Shown: positions 1-12,249, counted from the stretch's first letter. The stretch: 64,000 nt of DNA from Cyanophora paradoxa CCMP329 (GCA_004431415.1 QPMI01000160.1:1-64000); one strand, 5' to 3'. Notes: generated by a model not told the origin, from the sequence alone. A program made the numbers and translations.

Positions 1-1460
1 GAAGGCCGGTTATCAGTGACCGCATACGAACGCTTTGCCGCCATCTTTCTCCGTGCAGCCGCTGAGGTCAATTTGAAAGGGCTTCCGAGTTGTCCATGGT
101 ACGATGCGAGCATGCGGGCCAGAGGACCATTGAGTTAACACCGCCTTTCCTGTCAGCTGATCAGGCGGTACGTATGCATCAGATGCACGTAATATCCCAT
201 CAGCGCAGATAGTGTTTACTGACATCGATATCTACTGCAGGACGCGATAGTCAAACTCTCCCCGCAACGCTTATCATGCACAGTTCGGGAGGACACAGCG
301 CTCTCGACGCTCAATCCGGAAAGTGTGCGAGCGTTGAATAGTTGCGTATAAAAGCACTGGGTCGACGGTCGAGCGTATCAGCACAATGGCTAACCTCGAA
401 AGTCTCGAGATTCAGGTGCGATTCGGCATTGTTGTTCGTGTTCGAGTTGCTTACTTCGGCAACGTCAGATCGGCTGCGAGACCCACTTCAAAATTTTGCG
501 ACCGCTCCGATGCTTAAAAATGTTAGAATTCATATCGAAGTGCGTATCTGTGCATTCGTGCCGGGCCATCGTTCCACCACAATTCAGCAGACGCGGAGTT
601 ATCCAGCAGAAGACGTGCACAGAGCAATCGGTGTATCTTTCGAAGAAATCCGAGCGAACTTGGAGCAACTCCCGGCGCTCGAACAATGTGATCTGCTTGT
701 ACGAGATCTAGGCACTCGCTACCATCAGAATGTAGAAAGCCGAACACTTCACCAAGACAGTTTTATGGCCCTCCTTCGGTCAATGCGAACGAAAGTTCGC
801 CTGCTCAGCATCGAAGGCTTCTTTCCACATCCGGCAGAAATCTTGCGGGTTCGCTGTTTCACTCATTCAAATGCGATTCCGTGTTTCTGATCAATGAAAG
901 AAGGCGCTGTTGGAGTCGGGTCCAAGACTGGCTCATGTTGAACTTAACATCGCTGTGCGTACCAGAGTTGGTCTGGAGGAGCTTACGCAAGCCGTCAACA
1001 TGCTCTGCGAACATCAAAATACGCTTTCTCGGCTTTATTGCTTTTGGAGAGTCGAAATACGAGGCGGCACGTCATTCCTGGCCCAGGGGCAATTCATAGA
1101 TACCAACAAGGTCCTACGCGATTTTTATCCTCTAATTCAACTGCTTTTCTCCACGATCAATAAAATGCAGCGAGGGAATTGGTGCAAGTGTGCATATGTA
1201 AGATTATCGAGCTCGCTGGCTAGCGCTACAATATGCCAAGTTACATACTCAGCTAGCTTTTGCTTGCTCGCAACATTACAAAGACAAGTCGCATGTTCGA
1301 CATGGGATCTCTTCTTACTTCATTCCTGATTCGCCTCGGTTTAAGCGACGATGTGCCTGACGTTGCAGACTTAAGATTGACCATTCACGGTTTCGATTTC
1401 CCTCTAAGATGGTTGAATTCGTCGATTCCCTTTGATCTGTCGTGCACGCACGTGAACTGA
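1..1460 (+). CDS. 3' part of a multi-exon gene of unknown function (5' end outside window)
   Basis: Successive protein-like plus-strand segments (ORFs 342-890, 910-1329, 1260-1460) are separated by short GT..AG introns, e.g. gtacgt(168)..ctgcag(240). Ends at TGA 1460. No family recognised. Confidence 0.4.
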
Positions 1461-1475
1461 CAGACGTCGGCATGA

Positions 1476-2294
1476 CTAATAATCACCAAATCTGTCTTTA
1501 CCATTCGCTTTGACAGCATTCGATCTCCAAATAACAGCATTCTTGAGGCTTTGAAATAGCTTTTCCAGTTGCTGAGAGTTTAACATGAGCACACACTCTT
1601 CGAGGCGACCGGTTGGTTTATATCAGCGATCTCCTTTTCGATTACAGAACTGACCTGGAATTGAGCATTTCGAGAGTTGACCATCAGTGAGTGCGGGCCA
1701 CGGCTCACATTAGCTGATAGCGCCATCACATCCTTCGAAGCTGCCGCATAATGTTCCGCTGGTGTCGTGCTGTACATGCACTCGTTCGCACAGACGTCGA
1801 CGGTCAGGAAAACTCATCACTACTATTTGATTCGCACATCAACTGTGAAATGTGAAGGAAGCCGTACGTGAAATCAAGCGCGTGTTCAACTGTTTCTAAA
1901 GTGCGAGCGTTCAAACGTGTATGAAGATACTTTTCGCCGAGTCGTAGATCTAGAGTGGAGTAGTGTTCGCACCAGGTGCTAACTGTTAGCAAGCTAAGGC
2001 CTTTTTTCGCTGGAGTTCCCTGTGCCCGAAGTTTGCCTTTTGCTCGCACGCTCGCCATTGATCTCTCCGCGCCCGCTTCACGTCGTGCACTGCGCATGCG
2101 CTGCGTGGCCGTTAGCTTAAGCCAGCAGCTTATCGCTGGCGCTGAGTGCGACGCCCTTATCTTCAGAGCTTTGATTCGACTGCGATACAGGCCGGCCATG
2201 GGGTCTCAAGCTGCGACATACTTAAAGCTTGTAATACGCGTTCCGAGTAAAACGACGGCTTCCGCGCAAATCCCGTAGCTCGTACCTTCCCCAT
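1476..2294 (-). CDS. Multi-exon hypothetical gene with an apparent frameshift
   Basis: ATG at 2294 (MGKVRATGFARKP...), ORFs 1804-2199 and 1580-1777, and a last exon QLEKLFQSLKNAVIW...GDY* ending at 1476. Exon joins not fully resolved. Confidence 0.3.
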
Positions 2295-2344
2295 TTAGAA
2301 CCCTAACCGTATCTTACGTACCCTCTGAGAATTTCAAACTTGCG

Positions 2345-4472
2345 ATGCAGCGTAGACGAAGGAAACGCTCGTGCGTCGTATTAATATTGCGTGGGTGCGT
2401 TTACGTGCTTGATTGTTGTCCTCTGCGCGCGCAGGACGAGAGTCTGGATCTGGCCGCTGACTCTGGAAGACACCAAAACGTGCTGGGCGACAATGCGCAG
2501 CTGCAGTGCGCATGCACGTTGACGCGCATTCGCGGACCAAATCGGCTCACATAATGCAGGGAATCGCTTGCAGTATGGAGCCTGCGGGCGGGGATTCGAA
2601 CCTACACATGGATCTACTAAGACGTCGCACCGTACCGAAGTAGATGAGCGGTACGCATATTCATTCGGAGGCAAAGCAAGCGAAAGAACCCTCTCTAACA
2701 TTCGCCGCCAGGTCGATCGACAGAAGGCAACCATAACGATAAATGATCTTCAGACGATGCATCGCATAATTGCCAGCATGGTTCTAATGAACGCTCGAGT
2801 CCGTGCGAGCTCTGTGGAGTAGCAGCCGGCGCTTCTACAGATTCTCGTGGACAGGCAATGGCTTGAACGCGTCGCACGCGACATCTTTCTTGACACATTC
2901 CGGCTCTCCTGCTTGAAAGGGTGTGGATTCGCGCGAAGTGGATCTAGAGCATGGCGGTAGCATCAATTCGCTTCCTCCAGCTTTGCCTCGAATTATGGAA
3001 GCAGCCAAAGACGTTAAGAAACTTGCAATCCTCCTGGACAGCATACAGCGTTTCTTGAGAAGCCAAGCGTGCTAGGAATCTGCACAGGGTGTGGTCGACG
3101 ACCTTGAGGCCATTCATTTTGACTGGGTCACCTTATCTTGAAGACGGCGCCTCGCCGTCTTATTCTGGACGACAAGGCAGCGCAAGCCTTCGCGCACACC
3201 GTGAACGGAGGAAATAGCCAGCATCGAGCCGTATCGAACTCTGTTACAACGCAGGTATTCGGGGGCCGTTCAGTAAGTCCAAATTCGCTACGTATTCGTT
3301 TACGTAATCCATTCAGAACAGAAGCTGACAAACAGTTTTTTCATAATTTGCAGCTTTCGTGACTGCGGGCCTGATGACACGTCATTTGGACGTCGAAGAG
3401 CTATGTGTCGACAAGAAACCATCATGTTTCAGAAGCTGCGGTTCCTTCTCCTACTGGGCTTTCAGTGCCAGAAAGTCATCATCAAAGGATGTTACAAGCG
3501 AAGGCCTAGAGCTGAAAACCCAGGACTCTTTCGTCCAGCGCCCGCGTCCATGATTTTCAATGTGCACGACTGCCACTATTTATATTCGAGCAGCCTGATT
3601 TGGATTGCAGATATCTGACGAGCCTCGGGACATCCAAATGACTCGTCATGGCCCCACCGCGGCCGGCATCTCTGGTATTGCATCATACGCGGGGAATGCA
3701 CGGAGGAGCTCCATGTCGAATTCACAGCAACTCGCATCGCCCAGCTTCGCATCCAGTCGTCCAGTTCTTCTGCTCTCCCGACTCGTGCTGTCTCAAACAT
3801 ATTTCGTTCATCAATTGCATCATTAAGAGCGACAGCACAATATAAATAAGATGGAACGGTATCTAGCATTTCACGCAAACGTTGCGCTTCACGCTGGAGG
3901 ACGGGCGTGATTACGAGCAATCTTATCAGCAGCGCGGAAGTGTCAATCTCTTATCACGCTGGACCTGTGGCATGCACAGTTCCACATGCAACCGTGGCAC
4001 AGCTCCGTAAATTATCACCGAATCGTCTCGCGGAACTCGCAAAGACATTACGATTCAGCAGCCTTCGCGAGCTGATCCTTCGCTTGCACCCTCTGACGTC
4101 ATGGAGCACAAGTCTTACGTGTCGAGCGCAACTGGTGGTCACCTCATCACGAAGATCGCTTCGCAGTGCTCATCTCTGGAAACCCTCGCTGGTTGGAGTG
4201 ACTGGCTATGAACAGCGAACAGATGCATGCGCGCAATCCAGAATAGTTGCTCAGTGTGGGTCGGGGCGTTCGAGAAGGCGCATCTTAGAAAAGCTGCATC
4301 TTGTAGATATCTACTTGCGCAACGAAGTTGTCTTCGACCGGCACTTGGAGAGAGAATAAGGTGTATTGTAACCTCCTCGCACAGCTACATGAGCTTAATA
4401 AGAAGTTCGTCTGCACCTCTCTTTCGCAGACGTTCTTTTTTGCAGTTTCCAGATTTGTGGTGCCATAAATGA
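2345..4472 (+). pseudogene. Fragmented multi-exon hypothetical gene or pseudogene
   Basis: Chain of short protein-like plus-strand ORFs (2568-2822, 3138-3362, 3359-3553, 3907-4359) broken by stops, frameshifts and probable introns. Confidence 0.25.
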
Positions 4473-4842
4473 GCTTCCTGCTGCGCAGATGGCACTCATG
4501 ATTTCTGGTGCTCAAACCATGTCAACTACGACGCACGCGTGCCCTAGGAACACTCAACCAGCAATTGCAAGCGACGTCCTTCGACGTTCTTGAAACAGCG
4601 CTGCGTCACTTCTCGATCATGTGCGCCAGAAGAACGCTCTGATCAAAGCACAGAGCGATAATGTCGACAATGAGATCAAGACGATAAAAATCGTATCTTA
4701 GAGATGCAGTCCCTCTCGAAATGCATTATTATCGTGTAATCGATCATGCAATTGTCATCATTTCAGCTAGACAGTCACTCGAAGTGAACAATTCATACAT
4801 GAGAGCACGAACATGCAAACGCATTCCAGCCACGGCCATGGG

Positions 4843-5471
4843 CTAGTCAAGCTCTATCACTGCGTCCGGATCCGCCAGGAAAGGTACATGCTCGACGGCC
4901 GGATCAACTGTATTCCTCGTAATGTAAAACAGATCATCCGGGATGGCCCTGCGCCCTTGACGCCTGTGCACGCGCACCGTGAATTCGCGAGATCCGCAGC
5001 AGAAATCACCGTACGTATACGACGCAAAGATCGCTTGCACCAACGACTGGAAGGTTCGGCTTGCTGGGTCGTACCAATGCACCGCCAGAGTGCCGCGGTC
5101 ATCCACATGCGTACTGCAGTGCAGCTCCAAGAACGCCAGGTCCAGTAGCTCGCTCTTCCACGCATTCGAGTCCGAAGCACGGATCGTGACTCGCACAGGC
5201 CTGCGCATGCGCTGTTGAGATCACGGCACACTAGCAGAAGCAACGATGCAACCGGCATGCACCTGTCATTGAAGTGACGCGTAGCGGGCAGGCCGGCAGT
5301 CGCCGAGAACGCGCACCTCGACAGTTTTAGAGCTGCCTCGTTCTCGGGCACCTGCTTCTTTGACGGGTCGGGCTCCGGCTCTGACTTCCGCTTTCTTGAA
5401 GCTTTGGTAGGCATTTTCTTCTGAGGAATCGATCCGTTGTACTTTCGCGCCTTTTGTTTTGTCTTCGCCAT
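4843..5471 (-). CDS. H3-tail-like peptide + putative beta-grasp domain protein, copy A (frameshifted as assembled)
   Basis: MAKTKQKARKYNGSIPQKKMPTKASRK aligns to H3 [27 protein letters not shown] with one gap. Downstream VEVRVLGDCRP / PVRVTI..WKSELLDLAFLEL..WYDPASRTF / PDDLFYI..VEHVPFLA matches copies B-F. Confidence 0.7.
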
Positions 5472-5991
5472 TAGAGCGAGCGCGCTCGAAACTTCCGAGA
5501 GTCGCTAGATCCTGTCGGAAAACTGGAAACTGGGGAGTCGCGCTCCTCGAGCTCGCGCCGCGCTGCCTTGTGCAGACGCTAGATTGCTGGATCTTGTCTC
5601 GTCCGGACGGCCCGGACGGCCCGGGATGGGACTAGTGGGGTACACGTGCGCTCAATGCCGCCAGCAAGTCTCGAAGCTTTCAGGCGGTGACCGGTGGTCG
5701 GAGATCGAGCTAGAGCGCGTAAAACAGCTAGCCGGAGGCTTAGCCATCGCCGGCAGCCTCGCTGACGTGGACTCGGCGCCGCGTGGCCTGTCATGATCAA
5801 CGGCGCTGAACGTTGAACGTTGATAGATATAGCCGTCGACTTCGGCATTCGTGAATGTGCACGCCCGCTTCGTGCTCTGCCTTTACAGTTCGCCGCTGGA
5901 ACTCATGCGGGCTTGTTCCCCTGCAGGCTAGGTCGTCCGTTCTCCGGATCCTCGCAGATGCCTCCGCGAAGGCAGCGAAGCGCCGGCGGAT

Positions 5992-6723
5992 ATGCAATGT
6001 GATGATTCAGATCCGAAGCCCTCTCCTGTAGTTTTAAAGAAGCGCATACGGCGGCAAAGACAGCTGCAGTGTGGTGACCCAGAGCCCTCTTCTGAGTTGG
6101 AGGAGCTGGGCACAGTCAAGGCGCGGCCGAAGATCGTTAGCGCAGATCTAGTTCGGCATCAGCTCAGCTTCAGCTGCAGCCGGATTTGTGGCTGTCATCG
6201 AGCGCAATCGAGAGCGCGCTCGTTTGCATCCGCGCGGCGGCGGCCAAGGAGGCAGTCACACAGAATTGGTTCATCGCACATCCGCTCGCCCTCCACGACG
6301 CTGATCCTACATAGAAGCGTACTCGAGCACTTGAATGGCACAGCACACGCGCTCTCGTCCCGTCAACAACCGACGACACTGGACACTCTTGGTTATCGAC
6401 GGCAAGGTCTGCAGATACTACGACAGCATTGGCGCGAAGGCTCCGCGCAAGCTCGCAAGAATTCTCTTGAAACATGAAATTGACGTCATCCAATCGGTAC
6501 AGCGAGCAGTGCAGCATGACGGCCATCAGGTTAGTGCTGTTTTCACTCCCGCCGTGGCCAGTGCAACGGCTGACCACGCTCGCTAGTGCGGGATCTGGTT
6601 GCTGGACTTCGCAGAGCGCGAAATGCGAGGCAACCCTCTAGATCTAGATTTAGATGGAACTACATAGAGCGCCGTAGGAGAGAATTTGAGGCGCTCGTGT
6701 TGCACTACAGCGCTGGCAATTAG
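5992..6723 (+). CDS. Ulp1/C48-family (SUMO/Ubl-protease-like) cysteine peptidase, frameshifted as assembled; 5' exons may start near 5.6 kb
   Basis: Colinear motifs LQPDLWLSSSAI, PVNNRRHWTLLVID (His 6377-6379), YYDS (Asp 6422-6424) and QHDGHQ|CGIW (intron 6530-6586, Cys 6587-6589). This is the H-D-C triad plus oxyanion Gln of clan CE. Confidence 0.75.
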
Positions 6724-6819
6724 GCGCTCCTGTTGTATCCGTGCCGCCGCGTATACGTATAATACATCGCGTATTTTTGGCTACGAATCCGGACTAGGGA
6801 AGGGAGCCGGCACTTGCAA

Positions 6820-7443
6820 CTATTCTGATTGATCGCCAGGAAGGTACATGCTCGACTTCCGGGATGATATCCCTCCTCGCGACGTAATACAGATCTCCCG
6901 GGGATGGCCCCGGACTCGACGCCTGTGCACGCGCACCGTGAATTCGCGAGATCCGCATCAGAAATCACCGTAAGACGCAACAATCGCTTGCACCGGAGCT
7001 CGAAGTACCAGCCTGCTTGGTCGTACGAGATCGATACAGCACCAGCCCTCGAGGTGCACATGCGTACTGCAGTGCAGCTCCTCGAACGCCAGGTCCAGTA
7101 GCTCGCTCTTCCACGCATTCGAGTCCGAAGCACGGATCGTGACTCGCACAGGCCCTGCGCATGCGCTGTTGAGTTCACGGCACACTGGCAGAGCAACGGT
7201 GAATCGGTGTACATTTGCACCTGTCATGCAGTGACGCGTAGCGGGCAGGCCGGCAGTCGCCGAGAATGTGTACGTCAACAAAGCTGCCTTCGTTCTCGGG
7301 CCGCGGTCGTGGCGCGTAAAGAGCATTCAGTGCTTCCGACTCGCGACCTGCTCCGCTGTCGGCGGCCGCGGCCGCTGTGCGAGGTTCTTTCGAGGAGCTT
7401 TTCCGCCTGTAGACATACGCGCTCTCTCTTTCACTTTCGCCAT
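6820..7443 (-). CDS. H3-tail-like peptide (K9M) + putative beta-grasp domain protein, copy B (several 1-nt deletions)
   Basis: [22 protein letters not shown] is 15/21 identical to H3 residues 1-21. It is followed by PTAEQVA/ESEALNALYAPRPRPENEGSFVDVHILGDCRP and the same two introns as the other copies. Confidence 0.7.
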
Positions 7444-8158
7444 CCAGCAGCTTCGAGTTGTGGCAGCACTGCACGCCAAGCCGGCTTTTTTTGCCGGCCG
7501 CGGTAAGTTCGGCACTCCCCCCCCTTCTCTTCCCCCCTCCTTCCTCTATGACCGTGGCCTGAGTATGCACTGTGTGGAAGCTCCCGATTAAATCGTATTT
7601 GACAGCAGGTTCAGTGCAATACTGAAATTCAATTGTGATTTAAACGAAGATCACACGTCTAAATATTGAGCACGCCTTCGAACAGGCGCTGGAATTCAGC
7701 ATCCTCCAGGTCGTCGATTTTTGCTGATCACAATATCAGCATCGGAGTAAATAAAATGCATCCGAGGGGAACCGCCATACCTCGCAGTGTCGCAATTTCA
7801 GCTGACATTTACAAAGAATCGCGAACGAGGTGTAAACATAAATGTACCGCGACGTTCATAAAATCATCGGGAGGAAAACCGCCGTACACGAAGCGTCGTG
7901 ACTTCATCTAAGATACCCATACTCAAGGCCGGAAATTGAATGTACCGCGAAGGAGTGAGATAGCGTACCACGAAGAGCTTTCTTCTGAGATTGGAGACCC
8001 GCATTCATAGCTGCAGTCATTATCAGTCACTCAGAAATCCCAATTCCGAGAAAACGGCGAAGTGGAAACCGGTCAGCCGCTGCAGTTGCGCTTGGGAGCT
8101 GCATTCACAGCTACACGCACGGGAAACGGTCAAATCGAGACCTAAATCGAAAAGCAGT

Positions 8159-10100
8159 CTAAAAAACACCATTGGTCCGCTGCAGCTGGGCGACCAGGGA
8201 AGCATTCTCATTCTGGATGCCTGCAGACGTTTCAAACGAAGAATGAAAGAAGGCGCCCCGAGCAATTTGACCTTTCAGCCACTGCAGTTGGGCGACCAGG
8301 GAAGCATTCTCATTCTGGACGCCTGCAGACGTTTCAAGAGGAGACTGGAAGAAGGCGCCCCTGAGCGATTCGACCTTGCAGCCGCTGCAGCTGGGCGAGC
8401 AGGGAAGCATTCTCATTCTGGATGCCTGCAGACGTTTCGAACGAAGAATGAAAGAAGGCGCCCTGAGCGATTGACCTTGCAGCCGTTGCAGCTGGGCGAG
8501 CAGGGAAGCATTCTCATTCTGGACGCCTGCAGACGTTTCAAAGAAGAATGAACGAAGGCGCCCTGAGCGATTTGACCTTGCAGCCGTTGCAGCTGGGCGA
8601 GCAGGGAAGCATTTTCATGCTGGACGCCTGCAGACGTTTCAAAAGAAGAATGAACGAAGGCGCCCCTGAGCGATTCGACCTTGCAGCCGTTGCAGCTGGG
8701 CGAGCAGGGAAGCATTCTCATTCTGGAGGCCTGCAGACGTTTCAAAAGAAGAATGAACGAAGGCGCCCCTGAGCGATTCGACCTTGCAGCCGCTGCAGCT
8801 GGGCGACCAGGAAAGCGTTTTCCTTGCAGCCGCTGCAGTCGGGGGCTGCAGCGGGGGATTACGCGCGGATACTAATTAACTGAAAGCAGTTATAGCTGAA
8901 CGCAAAAAAGGCATTTACCGTCGACGCGCTCTTTCGCTTGTCGAAGTAAGGCGTTATCATCCTGAAGTGATTTCACCTGCTGCTGCAAGCATCGAATCTC
9001 CTCCGGATCCCGAAGTTCGGCATTCTGAGAACCGGTACCTGCGAGCCGGAATTCAACTTATCCGAGGGATAGATAGACTGTCTTTCATCGTGTCACCAGT
9101 GTGTTTGTGACAGCCTCCATAGGTTGAAGACCATTCCGACTGGAGATTTGAGGCACCTTGCGCTGGGACGAATGAAATGGGAGGGAAAGGTTTGTTCGAA
9201 GCATCCTTTTCTTTTTGCATCGAAGTGTCAGTGTCGGAGCGGATGCATCTTTTCCACCGTCGACGCATTCAGACTTGCTCAGCTCCAGAGCAACACGTGC
9301 ATCCTGCGATTATAATTAACAGCAGAACAGCCGGGTTGAAAAAGCAGAAGTAAAGCAAGCTCACCTCTTTATCACAGACGTCGAGGACAACCTCCTGCTC
9401 GTCTCCGGATACTAAACGATAGCGGAAGTTTGCGAGAGCGATAGATAGTGATAGCGAAAACTTTGCAGAAGTCAGCTTCAACCCACCCTTTTTAAAATGA
9501 CTTTGATAATCCCGATGCCTGTTTCCAATTCCCGAAAAGCGAAGGCCAGCCTCGTCTCGTCCACTTCGGCGCTGTCCCAGCCAGTCCCGAAGAATCTGAA
9601 ATCCTCAGGTTTCTCGAACGCCTTACGCAAAAATTCCGTAGAAAGATCCTGGATTCCGGATTTGAGACCTTTTTGTCTTCTGTCTTTCTGCAAGGTTCCG
9701 TCCAGCTTCGCTGCGGTGGCTAGGTCGTCGATTTCGATCGCCCGAAGTGACGGCCACTGGATATCAAGAGTTTTACGAATCCTTTCGACGTGCTCCGTGC
9801 TGTTACTCCACACCCCGCAGTAGACGATGCTTGGATCAAACAGAGGCACCAAAGTTGCTCTGTGGTTGTCCGATGCGAGGAAGGTACTGTCAATGCATAT
9901 CCGGAAATTGGTGACGCGATTCCAAGGAACGATATTCCCTGCTCCTTCGGCGAACCGAAAAGCCACTTCGGACGAATGAAGAGCGGAGTGTTCTTCGAAT
10001 CCAAAAGGAGGGCTCTGAACGTGTTCTCAACCTGTTGCACACTCAGCTGCAAGTCCACGTGCATTCACACAGCACAGGCACGGGCGCACATCTGCAAGTG
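8159..10100 (-). CDS. Multi-exon gene with a degenerate WRN/EXD-like 3'-5' exonuclease domain and C-terminal 34-aa repeats
   Basis: ORF 9478-9966 reads PLFDPSIVYCGV...IDDLATAA...SGIQDLSTEFLRKAFEKP...GWD...DETRLAFAFRE. This follows the WRN-exo pattern (dp.i.kvGv / Dl / gL..L....lg..l.K / sW / Q..YAa.D), but the catalytic residues are not evident. Boundaries and linkage to the repeats are approximate. Confidence 0.45.
8177..8815 (-). repeat. ~102-bp tandem repeat (about 6 units), probably coding a 34-aa repeat on the minus strand
   Basis: Unit ctgcagctgggcga(c/g)cagggaagcattctcattctgga...ttgcagcc. In the minus frame QNENASLLAQLQRLQGQIAQGAFVHSSFETSAGV, most unit differences are synonymous or conservative (I/V/L, CAA/CAG, ATC/ATT). 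Confidence 0.85.
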
Positions 10101-10198
10101 CGTGGGCTCGAGTGAACAGCCTTTGCGTGTGCATTACTGCGGGAGCTTCTCGCTTCTCCCCAAGTACCCGCTTGAGCTCGGAGTTGCAAGAGGTTTCG

Positions 10199-10425
10199 GC
10201 CGAGGTTTCGACCTGCGTGTGCCGCGCTGCGTTCAAATGGTTGATTCCACGGATCTGCAGGTTTGCCTACCTCTACTTGTGAGAACCGGAGCTTTAAACC
10301 CGAGGTGCTCCGCTGCAGGGCGCTCCGGACGAGGTTTTGACCTGCGTATGCGGCAGTGCGTTCAAATGGTTGATTCCACGGTTCGGGCGGGTTTGCATAC
10401 CTCTAAATTTGCGTACTGGAGCTTT
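10199..10425. repeat. Imperfect direct duplication, ~130-bp period
   Basis: gaggttt(c/t)gacctgcgt..gcgttcaaatggttgattccacgg..tacctcta..ggagcttt occurs at ~10201 and ~10331. Confidence 0.8.
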
Positions 10426-10448
10426 CCTCGCGTCTTCGCTCCAAGTGT

Positions 10449-10537
10449 CCCCGGCGACTTTGCCCCGGCGACTTTGCCCGGGGGGAACTACTTTGCCGGG
10501 GGGTACCCGTCCGACCACTGCACCAGCAAGGCTCCAA
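10449..10537. promoter_or_regulatory. Partial copy of the conserved intergenic element
   Basis: (ctttgccccggcga)n-gggggaact-gggtacccgtccgacc-cagcaaggctccaa, matching the right part of the copies at 13530, 17021 and 19712. Confidence 0.6.
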
Positions 10538-10650
10538 AAGCGGCACCCAGCAGATTGAGTAGATCGAGTCTGGCGCTCATGATTTCATGCCTGCGCATGC
10601 CTGCGCGCAGTAGATCACGGTGCGCCTGCGCATTCCTGCGGATTTCGAAC

Positions 10651-11282
10651 ATGCAGCGCGGCGACGAAGCAGCAGCAAGCAGCAAGCAGCTCGCTTCCAA
10701 AGCTTCACGGAAGTCAGCAGCGACAGAGTCCCGACAGCCGACAGCAGAGCAGATCGCAGAGTCGGAAGCGCTGATTGCTCTATTCACGCCGCGACCGCGG
10801 CTCGAGAACGAGGGCAGCTCTATCGAGGTTCGCGTTCTCGGTGACTGCCGGCCTTCCCCGCTACGCGTCACTTCAATGACAGGTCCAACCCGGTTGCATC
10901 TTCGCCTCGCAACAGCCCTAATCGCAACAGCGCAGGGCCTGTGCGAGTCACGATAGATATTTCAAACTTTCGAATGTCGTGGCAGAGAGTTCTTCGGGCC
11001 CGTGCGTACATGGACCTGAACTGTCATGCGTACGTAATCGATTTCCGCACTTTGGATCTGTATCGGTATGACCCAGCTAGCCGGTGCTTCGAGCCGCTGG
11101 TGCAAGCGATCTTTGCTTCTTACCTCGATTTCTGATCCGGTATTCGCGAATTCACGCGAACATGTGCACAGGCGTCGAGTCCGCTGGGGCCATTCGCGGA
11201 TGACCTGGTCTACGTGGCGAGGAATTCGGTAATACCGGATGTCGAGCACGCGCCCTTCCTGGCGACCGTTTCCGGATCCTAG
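10651..11282 (+). CDS. H3-tail-like peptide + putative beta-grasp domain protein, copy C (intact)
   Basis: KQLASKASRKSA is 10/12 identical to H3 18-29. Removing introns 10883-10935 and 11100-11171 gives a continuous frame ending PFLATVSGS* (TAG 11280-11282). Confidence 0.8.
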
Positions 11283-11608
11283 CCAGTGCCAAGGCCCCTA
11301 GCGGCCCGACAGCTGCATCTTATTGGAATTCATGGCCGCCGACGCCATGCACGATATTTGAACAGGGAATGCTGTACTTCGTTTTGTCAATTCGAATTTT
11401 CGTCGCGATTTAATGTATCGGCATTGATTTCGCGAAGGTCGCGAAGCGCTTCATCCACGGACGGATGAAGAGGATCGCGAACGCGGAAACCACCATCACA
11501 GAGCTGAATCGCGAACGAAGTCACGGTCAGTATGCCCAGGGGTAATCCACCGGGGGGTAAACATTAAGGCATTGGGGTTAACGTTGCGGCCGCGCATCTC
11601 TAGAAGCA

Positions 11609-12249
11609 ATGTCAAGCAAAGCTCCCCGCAAAGTTCTCGGCACTAGACCCAGACCAAAGAAAGCACCGCCTACTTCACGATTCGTACCCGATCCAGAGCC
11701 AACAGCGGAGCAGGTCGCAGAGTCGGAAGCGCTGATTGCTCTATACACGCCGCGACGTTTACCGCGGCTCGAGAACGAGCTCGAGGGCAGCTCTGTCGAG
11801 GTGCGCGTTCTCGGGGACTGCCGCCCTTCTCGGCCACGCGTCACTGAAATGACAGGTGCACATGTGTCCGGTTCATCGTTGCTCTGCCAGTGCGCCCTAA
11901 TTGCAACCGCGCAGGGCCTGTGCGAATCAAGCTGTATGTTTCAAAGACGTGGGAGAAAGATCTTCTGGCCCAAGCGTACCGGGAATTGCGCTGCACACCG
12001 GTGCCCATTGATCGCCGCGAGCTGTCGCTCTATCGGTACGACCCAGCTAGCCGGTGCTTCGAGCCGCTGGTGCAAGCGATCTTTGCTTCTTACCTCGATT
12101 TCTGATGCGGCATTCCCGAATTCACGCGTGCATGTGCACAGGCGTCGAGTCCAGGGCCATCCCCGGATGACCTGTTCTACGTGGCAATGAAGGAAATCAT
12201 CCCGGAAGTCGAGCATGCACCCTTCCTGGCAACCGTTACAGGATCCTAG
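11609..12249 (+). CDS. H3-tail-like peptide + putative beta-grasp domain protein, copy D (intact)
   Basis: MSSKAPRKVLGTR resembles H3 [10 protein letters not shown]. Introns 11856-11914 and 12070-12141. Ends PFLATVTGS*. Confidence 0.8.

Noticed and set aside
2575-2660. tRNA-like GGTTCGAATCCC on the minus strand
   Set aside because: The T-stem pairs at only 2 of 5 positions, and there is no matching acceptor stem or D-arm. It is an isolated B-box-like match.
6431-6456. GAKAPRKLA in the protease as another H3 mimic ([10 protein letters not shown])
   Set aside because: It occupies the D-S-x-G-x-x-x-P loop normally found after the catalytic Asp of clan CE proteases, so chance resemblance is plausible.
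8177-8815. CRISPR array
   Set aside because: Contiguous tandem units without unique spacers, eukaryotic context and no cas genes. The same applies to the 36-bp repeats at 63445-63742.
11283-11400. SECIS element in the conserved 3' flank
   Set aside because: I could not find an AUGA..AA..GA kink-turn stem conserved across copies C-F.
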